NCBI GenBank assembly: GCA_964016885.1
Contig: OZ024746.1
Span: forward strand, 29,140,001 to 29,204,000
Direction of reading: 5' to 3'
Length of the DNA: 64,000 nucleotides
Source: Eledone cirrhosa
Taxonomy: Eukaryota
Under the pieces are notes generated by a model. The model saw only the letters and a list, made by a program, of their open reading frames with translations, searched no databases and was not told where the DNA came from. The position numbers and the translations under genes are program-made. Below are positions 1 through 15,441 of the stretch, in pieces (the first letter of the stretch is position 1; every line of letters starts with the position of its first letter).

Positions 1-219
1 TGTTAATATATCGTATTTTTACTCCAATTTTTTGTTGAGTGATTTATATCAGTTATAATAATATTTGCTTGTTGTATCCCAACAATTTAAATTGAACTTC
101 TACATATATATATATATATATATGAAGAAGGCATAACATATTGTTAATATGATATCCCTGAAATATATATAATGAAATAAATATGGTTTTATAAATATAG
201 TTTCCATTTATTTAATATC

Positions 220-289
<70 letters not shown>

Positions 290-512
290 CTTGTCTATTT
301 CTTCTCACTTTCCGTTGCTTAATCCATTTTGTTTGTTACCCTAACGTCCCCTTTATTTACGTGTCCCAACGACTTTTTTTAGCCGTTGTTCGCACCAACC
401 TGAGGCATATGGCCCTTAAAGCGATGAAATGCCTGGGACGGTTGGAGGGTCACTGATGAAGGACTCACTTTTTCATATGCACCACCATTTGCAACGGGCA
501 GCCATCATTATT

Positions 513-571
<59 letters not shown>

Positions 572-815
572 ATATAACATTTATGTTGGATGGTTTACCA
601 AGTGGATAGATATGGTCATTTCGGTTAGCAAATCGTGATGTATTAAACTAAAGCAGCCGACGTGTGCCGTAATCCTGTAACTGATTTCTTCCCCTTTGCA
701 ATCTACACCTGATGACGTCGCCAAAATCTTATGTCATGATCTTATCAGGCCATCGAAATACGTATTGTGATTTTGCAACATTAAAAGAATATTTGGAATC
801 CGGCATTATGTTGTC

Positions 816-873
<58 letters not shown>

Positions 874-874
874 G

Positions 875-942
<68 letters not shown>

Positions 943-1054
943 TAAAAGGAATTCCAACTTTGTCTGATTTACTCGTTTTATTTACAATCCTTTAAAATTT
1001 ATAATGGTATTAGAATGAAATAGTATGGTAGAATATTAAATGTTAAGTGTTAAT

Positions 1055-1093
1055 TGAACAAGTACTTTCATGCTTTCGAAATCTTCAGGTTCA
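1055..1093 (-). ncRNA. Minimal HHR fold
   Basis: tgaac-CTGAAGA-tttc(gaaa)gcat-GAAA-gtac-TT-gttca; 5-bp stem I, palindromic stem III, weak stem II. Confidence 0.55.
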
Positions 1094-1816
1094 TAATGTG
1101 TGGTGGCAGTCAAGTTTGCAGTTGAAAATTGCAAACTTGACTGTCACCACACATTATGAATTTGTAAAGCCAAAACGATGCAGGTATGGGCATAGAATAA
1201 AAAATATGCATATATATATATATGAAAAATATGGGAAGAAGGATACTGCGTGGGTGCACATGGGTTACATATTATAAAATTAGTCCCTCATCAGTGATTT
1301 GCCAACCATCATTGGTATTTCATCGCATTAAAAATCATATACCTCAGGTTGGTGCGAGCAATAACTAAAATAAGCTATTGGGACAAGTGAGTCGCGTAAA
1401 GCGAGTGAGACAAGTAAACAACATAGAAGGAAAAGCAAACCGAAGATGGGAAAAAAACAAGCAACATGGTTATCCGATCAGCATAAGCTGGGTGAATTTC
1501 ATGAGCGTTCAGAATACAGACCTTTCGCCGTGAATGGGATGTGAGAAAGAAAGAATCCCACTCCTAACGAACGGGAGGAAGTGAGAAGGGGAGAAACAGA
1601 GAGTGGGTGAGTGGAAGTGCGAGGAAGAGGTCAGTCGAGAGAAAGTGTAACTGACAGAGGGGGCGAAAGAAGGTAAGAAAACAGAGAGAACGGGGGAGCA
1701 GTAAGAGAGAAAGAGAGAAACAGATAATCGCAGTCTAGGTAAATATGTATGAAAAATATGGGAAGAAGGATGCTGCGTGGTTGCACATGGGTTACATATT
1801 ATAAAATTAGTCCCTC

Positions 1817-1882
<66 letters not shown>

Positions 1883-2007
1883 ACTGTAGTATAAGTTTAG
1901 TAGAAATATGGAAGGGCAAGAGGACTCAGTCAATAGGATGAGTTAAGTATAATTAGTTATAACAGTGACATATACAGGTACCTGCGTTTCGTTGGATTAT
2001 GATGTAA

Positions 2008-2505
2008 TAATTGTTTCTACTATTGGCACAAGGCCTGCAATAACCCAGTGCATTACTGGTACTTTAATTTATCGACACCGTAAGGATGAAAGGCAAAGTT
2101 AACCACGGCGGGATTTGAACTCAGAATGGCAAGGGCCGTAACACTATGCGTCAAAGCATGGCGTCCGACCTTCTACCGATACTGCCAATCCACCACCCTT
2201 ACTGCCAATCCATGTAATAATTATTTGTTATATTGGCACAAGGCCAGCAATCATATCAGTGCATTACTGGTACTTTATTTTATCGACCCCGTAAGGATGA
2301 AAGGCAAAGTTAACATCCATGTAATAATTGTTTCTACTTTTTGGCACAAGGCCAGCAATTATACCAGTGTATTACTGGTACTTTATTTTATCAACCCCGT
2401 AAGGATGAAAGGTAAAGTTAACCTCGGCGGGATTTGAACTCAGTCCGTAAAGGGACGTAACTGTGCTACAAAGCATGGCGTCCGACCCTCTACCGATACT
2501 GCCAA
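2008..2505 (-). mobile_element. Cluster of the dominant SINE (2 full copies plus 1 partial)
   Basis: Matches the family seen elsewhere in the window. Confidence 0.8.
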
Positions 2506-2629
2506 AATGAAGGCAGAGGGGGATGATGAGAGGCAGTGAAGAAGAGAGACGAAAAGGGAAGAGGAAACAATGTTCTTAGATATGTGAGTGTGTGTTTATA
2601 TTTATACAAACACACACATACATATATAT

Positions 2630-3034
2630 CTAAGGCGGGTAAAATTCCCGAGATCCATGGACGAGTTCTCTCCAGCGGTCTCTGTCCCTCATTATCGCTG
2701 CCATATCCTGCATCTCCAACAGACCAGTGTCTGTCCTTAGGGCATCAACATATGTTAACCTTGGTCTTCCTCTTCTAGTGTGTCCATGTAGGGGCTCCCA
2801 AAGGAGCACTGAGTGCAATGTCAACTCTGGATGTCGGTGAGCATGTCCAGCCAACCTCAGTCTTCTCTGTGTCACTTTTGAGCTGACTTTTGGGATGCTC
2901 CCATACAGCTGTATGGGTCTGAGACTTGGACACTGACCAAGAGACTCACTCAGATGGTGGATGGGTGCTACTCGAGAATGCTGAGGATGGCTCTGAACAT
3001 TAGTCAGTATACACTGAGGATGAAAAACTCAGAG

Positions 3035-3040
<6 letters not shown>
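2630..3040 (-). mobile_element. RTE-clade LINE 3' fragment with a 5' inversion
   Basis: Minus strand reads RRLRLAGHAHRH...WEP...RGRPRLTY. Plus strand 2909-3040 reads LYGSETWTLTK...RMLRMALNI...ELY, the segment immediately upstream in the element. Confidence 0.85.
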
Positions 3041-3090
<50 letters not shown>

Positions 3091-3285
3091 TTTCTGAATT
3101 TGTTTAGCAAGATTCTTTATCTGAAAACGTGTGTTGAAACCGATATTGTTATACTTTGGGAGGGTCATGTTGCCAATAAGAAACACACGCACCAGTTGCT
3201 TTCACTTGTGAAAGTGAAAGCAACTGGTGCGTGTGTTTCTTATTGGCAACATGACCCTCCCAAAGTATAACAATATATATATCTG

Positions 3286-3432
<147 letters not shown>

Positions 3433-3539
3433 GGTGTTCACAAAGTCACTAATCAATTTTGTATATATATTTGTATAAAGTTGTCAAGATACATATATAT
3501 ATATATATGTGTGTGTGTTTATCTCTCTTTTATATTCAA

Positions 3540-3583
<44 letters not shown>

Positions 3584-4130
3584 ACCAGATTCGCTAGTGT
3601 GAAAATAATACTAACTATGAACAATATGGTTTGCCAGACTCAATTTAAAAGAATAAATCAAGAAAATATATACAATATCGGTTTGTATTTATTTTCTTGA
3701 TTTATTCTTTAAAATTGAGTCTGGCAAACCCTATTGTTCATAGTTAGTATTTTTTTCGCCATAGCGAATCTGGTCCCTTACGATTTGAACACATATATGT
3801 ATATATCTGTGTTTATCTCTCTGTTATATTCAATAATATTACACGGCTCGAAAAAATTTATTTCCTTGAGCTATTTAATTGTAAGAGACTATTTTGACTA
3901 GTTTCTAACTCAATATATCCCTTTGATATATATATATATATATATATAGGTTTTAATATAGATGAGATTCTACAGGACTAGAACTGTTTCATTCTTTAGA
4001 AATCTGATGATTTCTAAAGAATGAAACAGTTCTAGTCCTGTAGAATCTCATCTATATTAAAACTTTTATACTCTGCAATGTATTGAGTACCTTACTTACT
4101 GTGGTTACCTCCGATTCAACCCGGAATAAC

Positions 4131-4179
<49 letters not shown>

Positions 4180-4303
4180 TTGTATACAAGTGCATATACA
4201 TATATATATATACGATACGATGCGAGAAGTAACACGTGATAATGTGTCTTCGTAAATTTATTAGTTTATATATGTATATATATACGATGTGAACCAGAGT
4301 TTC

Positions 4304-4430
<127 letters not shown>

Positions 4431-4489
4431 CACAGGTCCTACAAATCGAGCTAGCCTCCTCCTCCTCAATATGATGTTTATTATTATTA

Positions 4490-5005
4490 TTGACGGGTTA
4501 CGACGGGTGCACGGTACTGGATCCCAAGCGGATCCAGTTTTTCCGCGACATTTCGCGCAAATGTTTCGGAAGCGGTGATAGGTCAGATCAAAAGATGGAT
4601 TTCAGTTCCTACCTCGATGGTCTGCCATGGCTCTCGGCGAGGGAGGCGGAGCGTTGTGAAAAGTAGATAACAGCCGATGAAATATGGTACGAGATGGCTA
4701 ACTACACAAGAGGTAAATCGCCTGGATTGGAAGGTCTGCTCTATGAGCTTTACGCAAACATGCCAGATTTATTCGGCGACATCTTAACGAAGGTTTACGC
4801 CAACTGGCAGTAAATCGGGACAACTCTCTGCTCTGAGAGCCGAGGGACAGTGGTATTGCTGAGAAAGGATCCCAACAAAGGAGACTATATAGATAATTTC
4901 AGGCCCATAACTCTGCTGAACGCAGAGTTTAAGATTTTGGCTAAGTTGTTAGCAAAGGGGTTGGATTTTGTCGTTGGTGGCCTGGTAAGAGAGGCGCAAA
5001 CATGG
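4490..5005 (+). mobile_element. L1/Tx1-like RT fragment
   Basis: KSPGLEG..YE motif and LLRKDPNKGDYIDNFRPITLLNAEFKILAK. Confidence 0.7.
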
Positions 5006-6109
5006 ACGCACACATTTATACACATATATATATGATCCATAAATATAGCTTTAGTGAAGAAATAGAATATTACTTATTCTATACTTTAAAATAATGGGGT
5101 ATATAATTATCAGAACTAAGAATTAAACTCACAACATCCATGTTGCAGCACATACAACTCAAACGATCTCAATACCTATGCTACAGTTCCCCCACAAAAT
5201 TATGTTCGAAACCCCAAACTATATGATGCCAATCTGACACTTTGTCTACCCAGCCATAACAACTGTACTAATCTAAGAAAAATAGATACTAAGCGCGAAA
5301 ACCCGAAACAAAAAAAAAATAATTAAAAAAATGAAGAAAAACAAATAAAAAAGCTAAATAAGTTTGTTTTTCCAAATAACAAATTTATCGCTTATAAAAT
5401 CTTTAGAAATAAGTTAAAAGCTTCGTAGGATATTTTTTCGTCTTGTTTTATTTTCTAAATTTATTTCCGTATTTTTTCCCTTATTTCCTTCCATATTTTT
5501 ATTTTTTTCTTTAATTTGTTGTTGTTGTGATGGGGTTCGTATTTTCCTATTTGTCTAAATCTCTAATAAGGATTATTACTACTAATACTTTATATACAGT
5601 ATAAAATTATACACGCACACACACACACTCACACACATACACACACATATAATATATATATATATATATGTATGTGTTTATATCAAACCTTGTTATTTTT
5701 CTGATATCTCCGCCGTGATGTGGCTAATAATAATGATAATAACAACAACAGCAACGACAATACTACTACTAATACTACTATTACTAATAATAATAATGAT
5801 GATAATAATAATTTAATTATTGTTTTTTTCCGGTGCTGCGTTCTTACAGTGTTCATATTGGCAATCTACCAAATAACTGAAGAAAACAAAAAAGTACAAG
5901 AAAAAACAACAAAAACATGAACAAATAATAAAAAAAATCATATCAAATCCTCTCCCACCCCCACCCCCCACTCAACTTGAAACAACAACAACAACAATAA
6001 CAAGGAATAACAGAGGAAAACAACATAAACATAGCAGAAATCTTAGATATACGCCCGAGAAGAAGTTTTTGATCAAATATAACTAATCTTCTCATCTACC
6101 AGGAACAGC

Positions 6110-9100
6110 ACTGCCACTTACACTACCACTACCACCTACACCACTACCTACACTACCACCAGCACCACCAACAACTACAACACTACCACTACCACCAGCA
6201 CCACTACCTACACTACCACCAACACCACTACCTACACTACCACCAGCACCACCACCAACAACAACAACACTACCACTACCACAAACACCACTACCTACAC
6301 TGCCACCAGCACCACCACCACCAACAACAACAACACTACCACTACCACCAACACCACTACCTACACTACCACCAACACCACCACCAACAACAACAACACT
6401 ACCACTACCACCAATACCACTACCTACACTACCACCAACAACAACAACACTACCACCACCACACCAACAACACTACCACCCCCACCACCAGCTCCACCAC
6501 CAACAACAACAACACTACCACTACCACCAATACCACTACCTACACTACCACCAACAACAACAACACTACCACCACCACACCAACAACACTACCACCCCCA
6601 CCACCAGCTCCACCACCAACAACAACAACACTACCACTACCACCAACACCACTACCTACACTACCACCAACAACAACAACACTACCACCACCACACCAAC
6701 AACACTGCCACCCCCACCACCAGCTCCACCACCAACAACAACAACACTACCACTACCACAAACACCACTACCTACACTACCACCAACAACAACACTACCA
6801 CCACCACACCAACAACACTACCACCCCCACCACCAGCTCCACCACCAACAACAACAACACTACCACTACCACCAACACCACTACCTACACTACCACCACC
6901 AACAACAACACTACCACCACCACACCAACAACACTACCAGCCCCACCACCAGCTCCACCACCAACAACAACAACACTACCACTACCACCAACACTACTAC
7001 CTACACTACCACCACCAACAACAACACTACCACCACCACACCAACAACACTACCACCCCCACCACCAGCTCCACCACCAACAACAACAACACTACCACCC
7101 CCACCACCAGCTCCACCACCAACAACAACACCTCTACCACCACCAGTAGCAGCAACAACAAACCAGCAACAACACTTCCAACAACAGCAACACGACCAAC
7201 AACACTGCCACCAACAACAACACTGCCACCAACAACACCACCAGCAACAACAACACTGACACCAACAACACCACCACCAACAACAACACTGCCACCAACA
7301 ACACCACCAGCAACAACAACACTGACACCAACAACACCACCAGCAACAACAACAGCAACAACAACACCAACAACACTGACACCAACAACAGCACCAGCAA
7401 CAACAACACTGCCACCAACAACACCACCAGCAACAACAACACTGCCACCAACAACACCACCAGCAACAACAACACTGCCACCAACAACACCACCAGCAAC
7501 AACAACACTGACACCAACAACACCACCAGCAACAACAACACTGCCACCAACAACACCACCAGCAACAACAACACTGCCACCAACAACACCACCAGCAACA
7601 ACAACACTGACACCAACAACACCACCAGCAACAACAACACTGCCACCAACAACACCACCAGCAACAACAACACTGCCACCAACAACACCACCAGCAACAA
7701 CAACACTGCCACCAACAACACCACCAGCAACAACAACACTGCCACCAACAACACCACCAGCAACAACAACACTGCCACCAACAACACCACCAGCAACAAC
7801 AACACTGACACCAACAACACCACCAGCAACAACAACACTGCCACCAACAACACCACCAGCAACAACAACACTGCCACCAACAACACCACCAGCAACAACA
7901 ACACTGCCACCAACAACACCACCAGCAACAACAACACTGCCACAAAACAACACCACCAGCAATAACAACACTGCCACCAACAACACCACCAGCAACAACA
8001 ACACTGCCACCAACAACACCACCAGCAACAACAACACTGCCACCAACAACACCACCAGCAACAACAACACTGACACCAACAACACCACCAGCAACAACAA
8101 CACTACCACTACCACCAATACCACTACCTACACTACCACCAACAACAACAACACTACCACCACCACACCAACAACACTACCACCCCCACCACCAGCTCCA
8201 CCACCAACAACAACAACACTACCACTACCACCAATACCACTACCTACACTACCACCAACAACAACAACACTACCACCACCACACCAACAACACTACCACC
8301 CCCCACCACCAGCTCCACCACCAACAACAACAACACTACCACTACCACCAACACCACTACCTACACTACCACCAACAACAACAACACTACCACCACCACA
8401 CCAACAACACTACCACCCCCACCACCAGCTCCACCACCAACAACAACAACACTACCACTACCACAAACACCACTACCTACACTACCACCAACAACAACAC
8501 TACCACCACTACACCAACAACACTACCACCCCCACCACCAGCTCCACCACCAACAACAACAACACTACCACTACCACCAACACCACTACCTACACTACCA
8601 CCACCAACAACAACACTACCACCACCACACCAACAACACTACCAGCCCCACCACCAGCTCCACCACCAACAACAACAACACTACCACTACCACCAACACT
8701 ACTACCTACACTACCACCACCAACAACAACACTACCACCACCACACCAACAACACTACCACCCCCACCACCAGCTCCACCACCAACAACAACAACACTAC
8801 CACCCCCACCACCAGCTCCACCACCAACAACAACACCTCTACCACCACCAGTAGCAGCAACAACAAACCAGCAACAACACTTCCAACAACAGCAACACGA
8901 CCAACAACACTGCCACCAACAACAACACTGCCACCAACAACACCACCAGCAACAACAACACTGACACCAACAACACCACCACCAACAACAACACTGACAC
9001 CAACAACACCACCAGCAACAACAACACTGACACCAACAACACCACCAGCAACAACAACAACAACAACAACACCAACAACACTGACACCAACAACACCACC

Positions 9101-9240
9101 AGCAACAACAACACTGCCACCAACAACACCACCAGCAACAACAACACTGCCACCAACAACACCACCAGCAACAACAACACTGCCACCAACAATGCAACCA
9201 GCAGCATCTCCAACAACAACACCACAACCATCAACAACAA
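6110..9240. repeat. C/A-rich compound satellite (33-bp and ~116-bp units, duplicated block)
   Basis: acaacaacactgccaccaacaacaccaccagca units; a distinctive marker at 7131 recurs at 8836. Confidence 0.9.
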
Positions 9241-9272
9241 CATCAATAACAACAATAAAAACATGAACAATA

Positions 9273-10211
9273 ACTGTTTCTACTCTAGGCACAAGGCCAG
9301 CAATTATCCAGTGCATTACTGGTACCTTATTTTATCGACCCCATAAGGAGGAAAGGCAAAGTCAACCTCGGCGGAATTTGAACTCAGATCGTTAAGGGAC
9401 GTAACTATGCTGGAAAGCATGGCGTCCGACCCTCTACCGATACTGCCAATCCACCGCCCTTACATGAACAATAACATCAACAAAAACATCAACCACAAAG
9501 GTCTAGTGATCACCAAAATAACAGCCACCCCTCCTTCAAATCCAACCCTTTCTTCTAATTGTTCGGTAAGGGTCAGACACCATGCTTTCCAGCATAGTTA
9601 CGTCCATTTACGATCTGATTTCTAATCCCGCCGAGGTTGACTTTGCCTTTCATCCTTACGGGGTCGATAAAATAAAGTACCAGTAATGCACTGGGTAATT
9701 GCTGGCCTTGTGCCTAAAGTAGAAACATTTATTTCCACTTACAATAGAGTAAACGTCATAACGATACATCAATTTGTATTTGAGAATATTCGTGGTCACT
9801 TTTTTAGGTCAGTCACATCCCACGAGACCCCAGTCTGCTAGGGAAGAGGTATAGTATCTGCTGGTATTTTATGCCAAATACTCTCCATCTGAGACAAGCC
9901 TGCTGGGGTAGGGTGAGACTAACTTTGCCTTTCATCCTTACGGGGTAGATAAAATGAAGTACCAGTAATACACTGAGATAATTGCTGGCCTTGTGCCAAA
10001 AGTAGAAACAATTATTTAGGATGGTGAATTGGCAGTATCGGTAGAGTGTCAGACACCATGCTTTACAGCATAGTGTTATGTCCCTTTGCGTTCTGAGTTC
10101 AAATCCCGCCGAGGTTAACTTTGCCTTTCATCCTTACGGGATTCATAAAATAAAGTACCAGTAATGCACTGGGATAATTGCTGGCCTTGTGTCAAAAGTA
10201 GAAACAATTAT
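9273..10211. mobile_element. Cluster of the dominant SINE (9273-9459 minus; 9562-9730, 9915-10015 and 10019-10211 plus)
   Basis: Matches the family. Confidence 0.8.
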
Positions 10212-10763
10212 TTTATGTTAATTACTTCCGTTGAGAGGCCCAAGTGCTGGAGAGGGGTGTATATTATCTACTGGTCGTTTATGTCAATTACTCGCCACAT
10301 GAGATCAGTTTGACGGGGAAGGGGTATACTATTTGTCAGTCTTTTAGGCCAATTACTCCTCACGTGAAATCCGCGTTCGAAAGACATGGTATACTATTTA
10401 GACCAGTTACTTCCCATGAAACGCCAGTCTGCTGGGGAAGGGCTGTACTACCTTTCGGTGTGTTTGACCAGTCACTTCCTATCAGTTACTTCCCATGAAA
10501 TGCCAATCTTCTGGGGAAGGGGTATGCTGTTTGCTGGTCGTAATTCCTTGCCTAAGCATCTCCACTTTTCTAGAGAAAATGCAGAGAGCTGAGACATATA
10601 CCGCAAAGCATGCTATCTGAATCTTTAACAAAACCTCCAACTCATTGCGCTGGATTAGTATTTTATGACTCAACCACGAACAACTTTGTTTAGTAATGAT
10701 ACATTTTCATTTTGTATTTTATTTTGCCTATGGACTCCACCCTAGCCACACATCTACATTGCA

Positions 10764-10935
10764 TATACACGCCACCCCAGCTACAAGTATACATTTCCTA
10801 TACACACCACCCCAGCTACAAGTATACATTTCCTATACACGCCACCCCAGCTACAAGTATACATTTCCTATACACGCCACCCCAGCTACAAGTATACATT
10901 TCCTATACACGCCACCCAAGCCACAAGTGTACATT
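10764..10935. repeat. 35-bp minisatellite, ~5 copies
   Basis: tatacacgccaccccagctacaagtatacatttcc units. Confidence 0.85.
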
Positions 10936-11109
10936 TTGATTGCACGCCAACCCAGTCACACGTGTACAAGGAACAATTACGAGGAATATCCTTATCTTTA
11001 TTCCTCTTGGCAGTCTTGACTTTCAGATGTTTCCTGTAGTTTATGGTATGCTGTCCATACTTGAGCTTTCTTGATTTTGACATCAATATCAGAACTGTCA
11101 AAACAACTT

Positions 11110-11585
11110 CCCAGGTAGCTGATATAAGTCCTACATATCCACACAACACCCTAGGTATCTCGTATCACTGCTATCTACCCAACATTCTAGTTATGTGGTA
11201 TCACAGCTGTCTACCTACCCCACACCCTAGGTCCCTAATCGCACGACTATCTACCTACCCAGCAACCTAGGTGCCTGAAATCACAGCTATCTACCTACCC
11301 GACATACTAGGTAATTAATATCACAGCTACCTACCCACTCAATACACGAGGTACAGCTGTTTACCTACCCAACATCTTAGGTACATGATATCACAACTGT
11401 ATACCCAACACACTAGGTACCTCATATCACTGTAGACTACCTACCCAACACCATATGTACCTGATATAGTAGCTGTCTACCCCGTTAACCCCCTAGGTAC
11501 CTAATATCACAGCTGTCTATATACCCAACACCCTAGGTACATAATTTAGCAGATGTCTACACACCCAACATATTACGTACCTGGT
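11110..11585. repeat. Diverged ~39-bp minisatellite
   Basis: Units resemble ctacctacccaacaccctaggtacctgatatcacagctgt. Confidence 0.7.
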
Positions 11586-11869
11586 AAGAGGAAAGTCGAT
11601 TACATCGACTCTAATGAATTACTGGTACTTTATTTTATCTACTCCGTAAGGATGAATGGCAAAGTTAATCTTGGCAGAATTTGAACTCAAAACGTAAAGA
11701 TTAATAATAATTGTTTCTACTTTAGGCACAAGGCCAGCAATTACCCAGTGCATTACTGGTACTTTAAACCGTAAAGGACCGTAACTCTATGCTGCAAAGC
11801 ATGATGTCGGACTCTACCGATACTGCCAATCCACCGCCCAAAGATTAATAATAGTAATAACATTAGTTC

Positions 11870-12539
11870 AATATAAGCCATCAACAACAGCAACGGCAAC
11901 ATCAAGAACATCAGTAGCAAGCAAGAATAACATTTGAGGTAAGAGCAATAATAATAACAACAACAAAAACAACAATAAAACAACAACAACTACAATATCA
12001 GCAAGTGTAATATCAACGACAGCAGCAACAGCAATAACAACAGCAGCAGCAGCAGCAGCAGCTACAACCAAAACAAGAACCACAATATCAGCAACAGTAT
12101 CACCAACATTAACAATAACAACATCAAACCACAATATCAGCAACAGTAACAACAACAATATTAACAACAACAACAACAATAACAACAACAAACCACAATA
12201 TCAGCAACAGTAACAACAACAATATTAACAACATCGATGAGAGACATAAATGAGATGTCGACAATGAAAGTTCTAGCAACGAGAATATTTGACCACAACA
12301 GAAATCGCCAGCAAAAGTAACAACTTATAGCAACATTAACAATAACAACAAAAATAATAACACGACAACAACAACAACAACAACTATAACAACTATAACA
12401 ACCAAGACGAATGATAAATTTTATGCTATTGTAGCAACAATAGTAACAACAGCAACAATAACTTCGTGGCAAATATCAGATATTAACAACATCGAATTCA
12501 AAGAAAAACAATAAAACCTCTAGTTACAATAACAAGATT

Positions 12540-12571
<32 letters not shown>

Positions 12572-12790
12572 GATCAACAACGACAACGACAGGAGCAAGA
12601 GCAACAACAACAACAACAACAACAACAAGATCAACAACAACGACAAGAGCAAAAACAACAACAACAACAACAACAACAAGATCAACAACAAGATCAACAA
12701 CAACAACGACGACGACAAGAACAAGAGCAAAAACAACAAGTTTAAACGACATCGTAACTGCGACTAAAACAATGTAGACGAACATCAACA
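11870..12790. repeat. (AAC)/(AGC)-rich low-complexity tract
   Basis: Direct inspection. Confidence 0.8.
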
Positions 12791-13329
12791 ACATATGATG
12801 TACACAGAGACAGCTCTTGAAACTCTGAAGGATGATCAAAGGAAAATGTGGCGATGTTTGAAACGTAAATAAAATAAAATAATATTAAAATAGAATACGA
12901 CAAACCATCATGGCGGAATAATTGAAATATAAGAAGAACAAGGCAAAAAAAAAATAAAATAAAATAAAATAACAAAAAAAAAAAAAAACCCAGAAAAGAT
13001 GGCACTGTTTTTAAATAACATTCCCAATAGCGTGTGTGATTACTGGTTCCTTTCCGAAGTCTAAAGAGATAAAAACAACTAGAAGCAAGTTAAATATATT
13101 CTTGACTCTTGACTCAGACAAACATATTTATACAACTTGGTTCTAGATTTAAAGCAGTTTCCCCTTCACTCTTGCTTTGAACTGAAATAACATATCAATA
13201 AATTAAACTAAACATATACGTACGTACGTATGTATGTACATATTTACATATATAGCATCTTCCAGTGAGACATGAATTGGTAGTCAGAACGATCTGGTAG
13301 GCAATGTGGAAAGTTACAACAAATACGGA

Positions 13330-13592
13330 TGATTACATTGAAACTGATGGCTCAAAAGAATATTGGTGGAACCTAAGAGTAAAAACTACCTCTAAAATAA
13401 GACACAACTAACTTGATATTATTGTTGGGACCACATAATAGAAACACTCTGGTGTAGAAGACAGCCGCCCACGCGATGTCAATGGAGTGAGAAAGATACA
13501 AGAGAAAAAGTCATCCATGAGATGAGATATTTATGAGGAACTTGCAGATCCAGTACCCAAGATACACTTTCAGTTATTATTATTGGAGCTAC
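13330..13592 (+). mobile_element. Highly degraded RLE-LINE 3' remnant
   Basis: The end translates to RNLQIQYPRYTF..IIIGA, similar to RNLQILHPDYTFRFMPVIIGA in the 21-kb element. Confidence 0.5.
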
Positions 13593-15293
13593 ACCGTTCG
13601 TCTTTACGGGTTCGATAAAATAAAGTAGGGGTCGATCTAATTGATTCTCCCCTTCCCAAAATATGTTGACCGTGTACCAAAATCAGAAATTGGAGCTACA
13701 TGACTGAACATGGATTCTTGGAGAATAAACGCAGCCACAAATGGTCACAATATATGAAACTATAAAATGGTAAGATACAAGAAAACATGTGAATATGTAA
13801 TTCTACAAAACCACTTAAATAGCTCGGGGTAGGTAGTAGGATAACTCCACAACTGATAAAGGCAGAAAGAGAAGAAAAACAATATGGTTCGGTGGACACT
13901 ATCTATCACATTATATGTGGAGTGTAAGGAGAAGATAACTCTAAACCTCCCAACTGCTATACTATCTAAACACTAAACCTTTATAGTTAATACATTATCT
14001 GAACACTAAACCAGCTCTTTTGAGATTTCCTGGTTAGACACAGACAAAAATATAGGTAAAGTGTCCTTGATTCCTGGTCTGTTCATAGAGGCACCTTCCT
14101 CACAGCCTGTTTTGGCTAATCTAAACCTAGTAGATCCCATGCTACTCCAGGTCTGAAGGCAGCCAATTTCTGGGCGTGTACATTAAATATCGACCTCAAA
14201 GGCAAAGTTGACTTCGGCGGGATAATCTGGCATCTGACTTTCCCAATTTACTGCCTTATTCCTGGGATAGGGAAAGAGAAAAAGAGTGTCGGTTAGATTT
14301 CTCCATATTTCCAATACGTTATACCTGATTTTATTCAGTTGAATTATACCTATATGTTCTGGGCTCTACGTTTTATTCAAGTTTTAGTTCAGTTTGAAAT
14401 ATATTTAAATATTTCAGCCGTATCCTCGCGGCTGTCTTTCCGCTTGTACTCTCGGGGCTGTCTTTCCGCTTGCACCTGTGGGGCTTTTTCCGCTTGTAGA
14501 TGCGGGGTTGTCGTGCGAAGAAAGAGGCATCGTTCAAAGCATTGAGCTGGAAGGCAGGACGTGGCGTGAGGTCATATTACGACAGGGTTTCTTGGCGTCA
14601 CCAATCCAGGTCCCTTCTTTTTGGATAACTTTATTCTTCCTCCCCAGATGTGTTTGAGGTCTCAAAAGAGTCGTGGGCACAGCATTTCCTTCCTTCACTA
14701 AACATATATTGAACTAATGTTGTTAGTCTTTTCAACATAATAACACCAAAATATTTCGCAGAGATCGAAACATTGAAAAGGCAGGTTAGATCCTAAGTTT
14801 TATGCTTTCTTTGGTCTTTTCTTTTTATTTTGTGGTGGGGGTGATAGTGGTGGGGTGAAGATGGCGATGGTGATAGTGGCAGTTGGTTCTTTGGGTTTCT
14901 TTCTTTCTTTTATTGCTTTTTTTTCTCTTCTTTTACTTATCAAAATAGATTTGATAGCAAACATAAACACAATATCGAATTTCATGTGTCTGTATTAGCG
15001 CCGATAGAAATATGTATAATTAAAATGATCTTCCCTGCTGTTCACAGCCTATCTGCATGTACTTTAAGCTTAGCTCTCACCAAATTAAGGCCTATCTCTA
15101 TTACAACATATATATAATATATAATATATATAATACATTATATATCATATATTATATATCTTCTGACCTGAACTTATTACTGCCTGCAGGTAAAAATTTC
15201 TGACAGGAAAATCAATTTTCTGTTCCATATTTTGTTAAGGCTTTCTCTTAGATACCATTAGTCTGAGTTTGAATTTGGTCTTCTGAATTATAT

Positions 15294-15441
<148 letters not shown>

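Noticed and set aside
365-1400. CTGATGA in the repeat family at ~365-480 (+) and ~1230-1390 (-)
   Set aside because: No correctly placed downstream GAAA or stem III, so it is not called as an HHR.
7001-9316. Long minus-strand ORFs rich in Cys/Trp, Val/Gly or Leu/Val
   Set aside because: Shadow frames of the C/A-rich satellite; all three frames are open simply because of the base composition.
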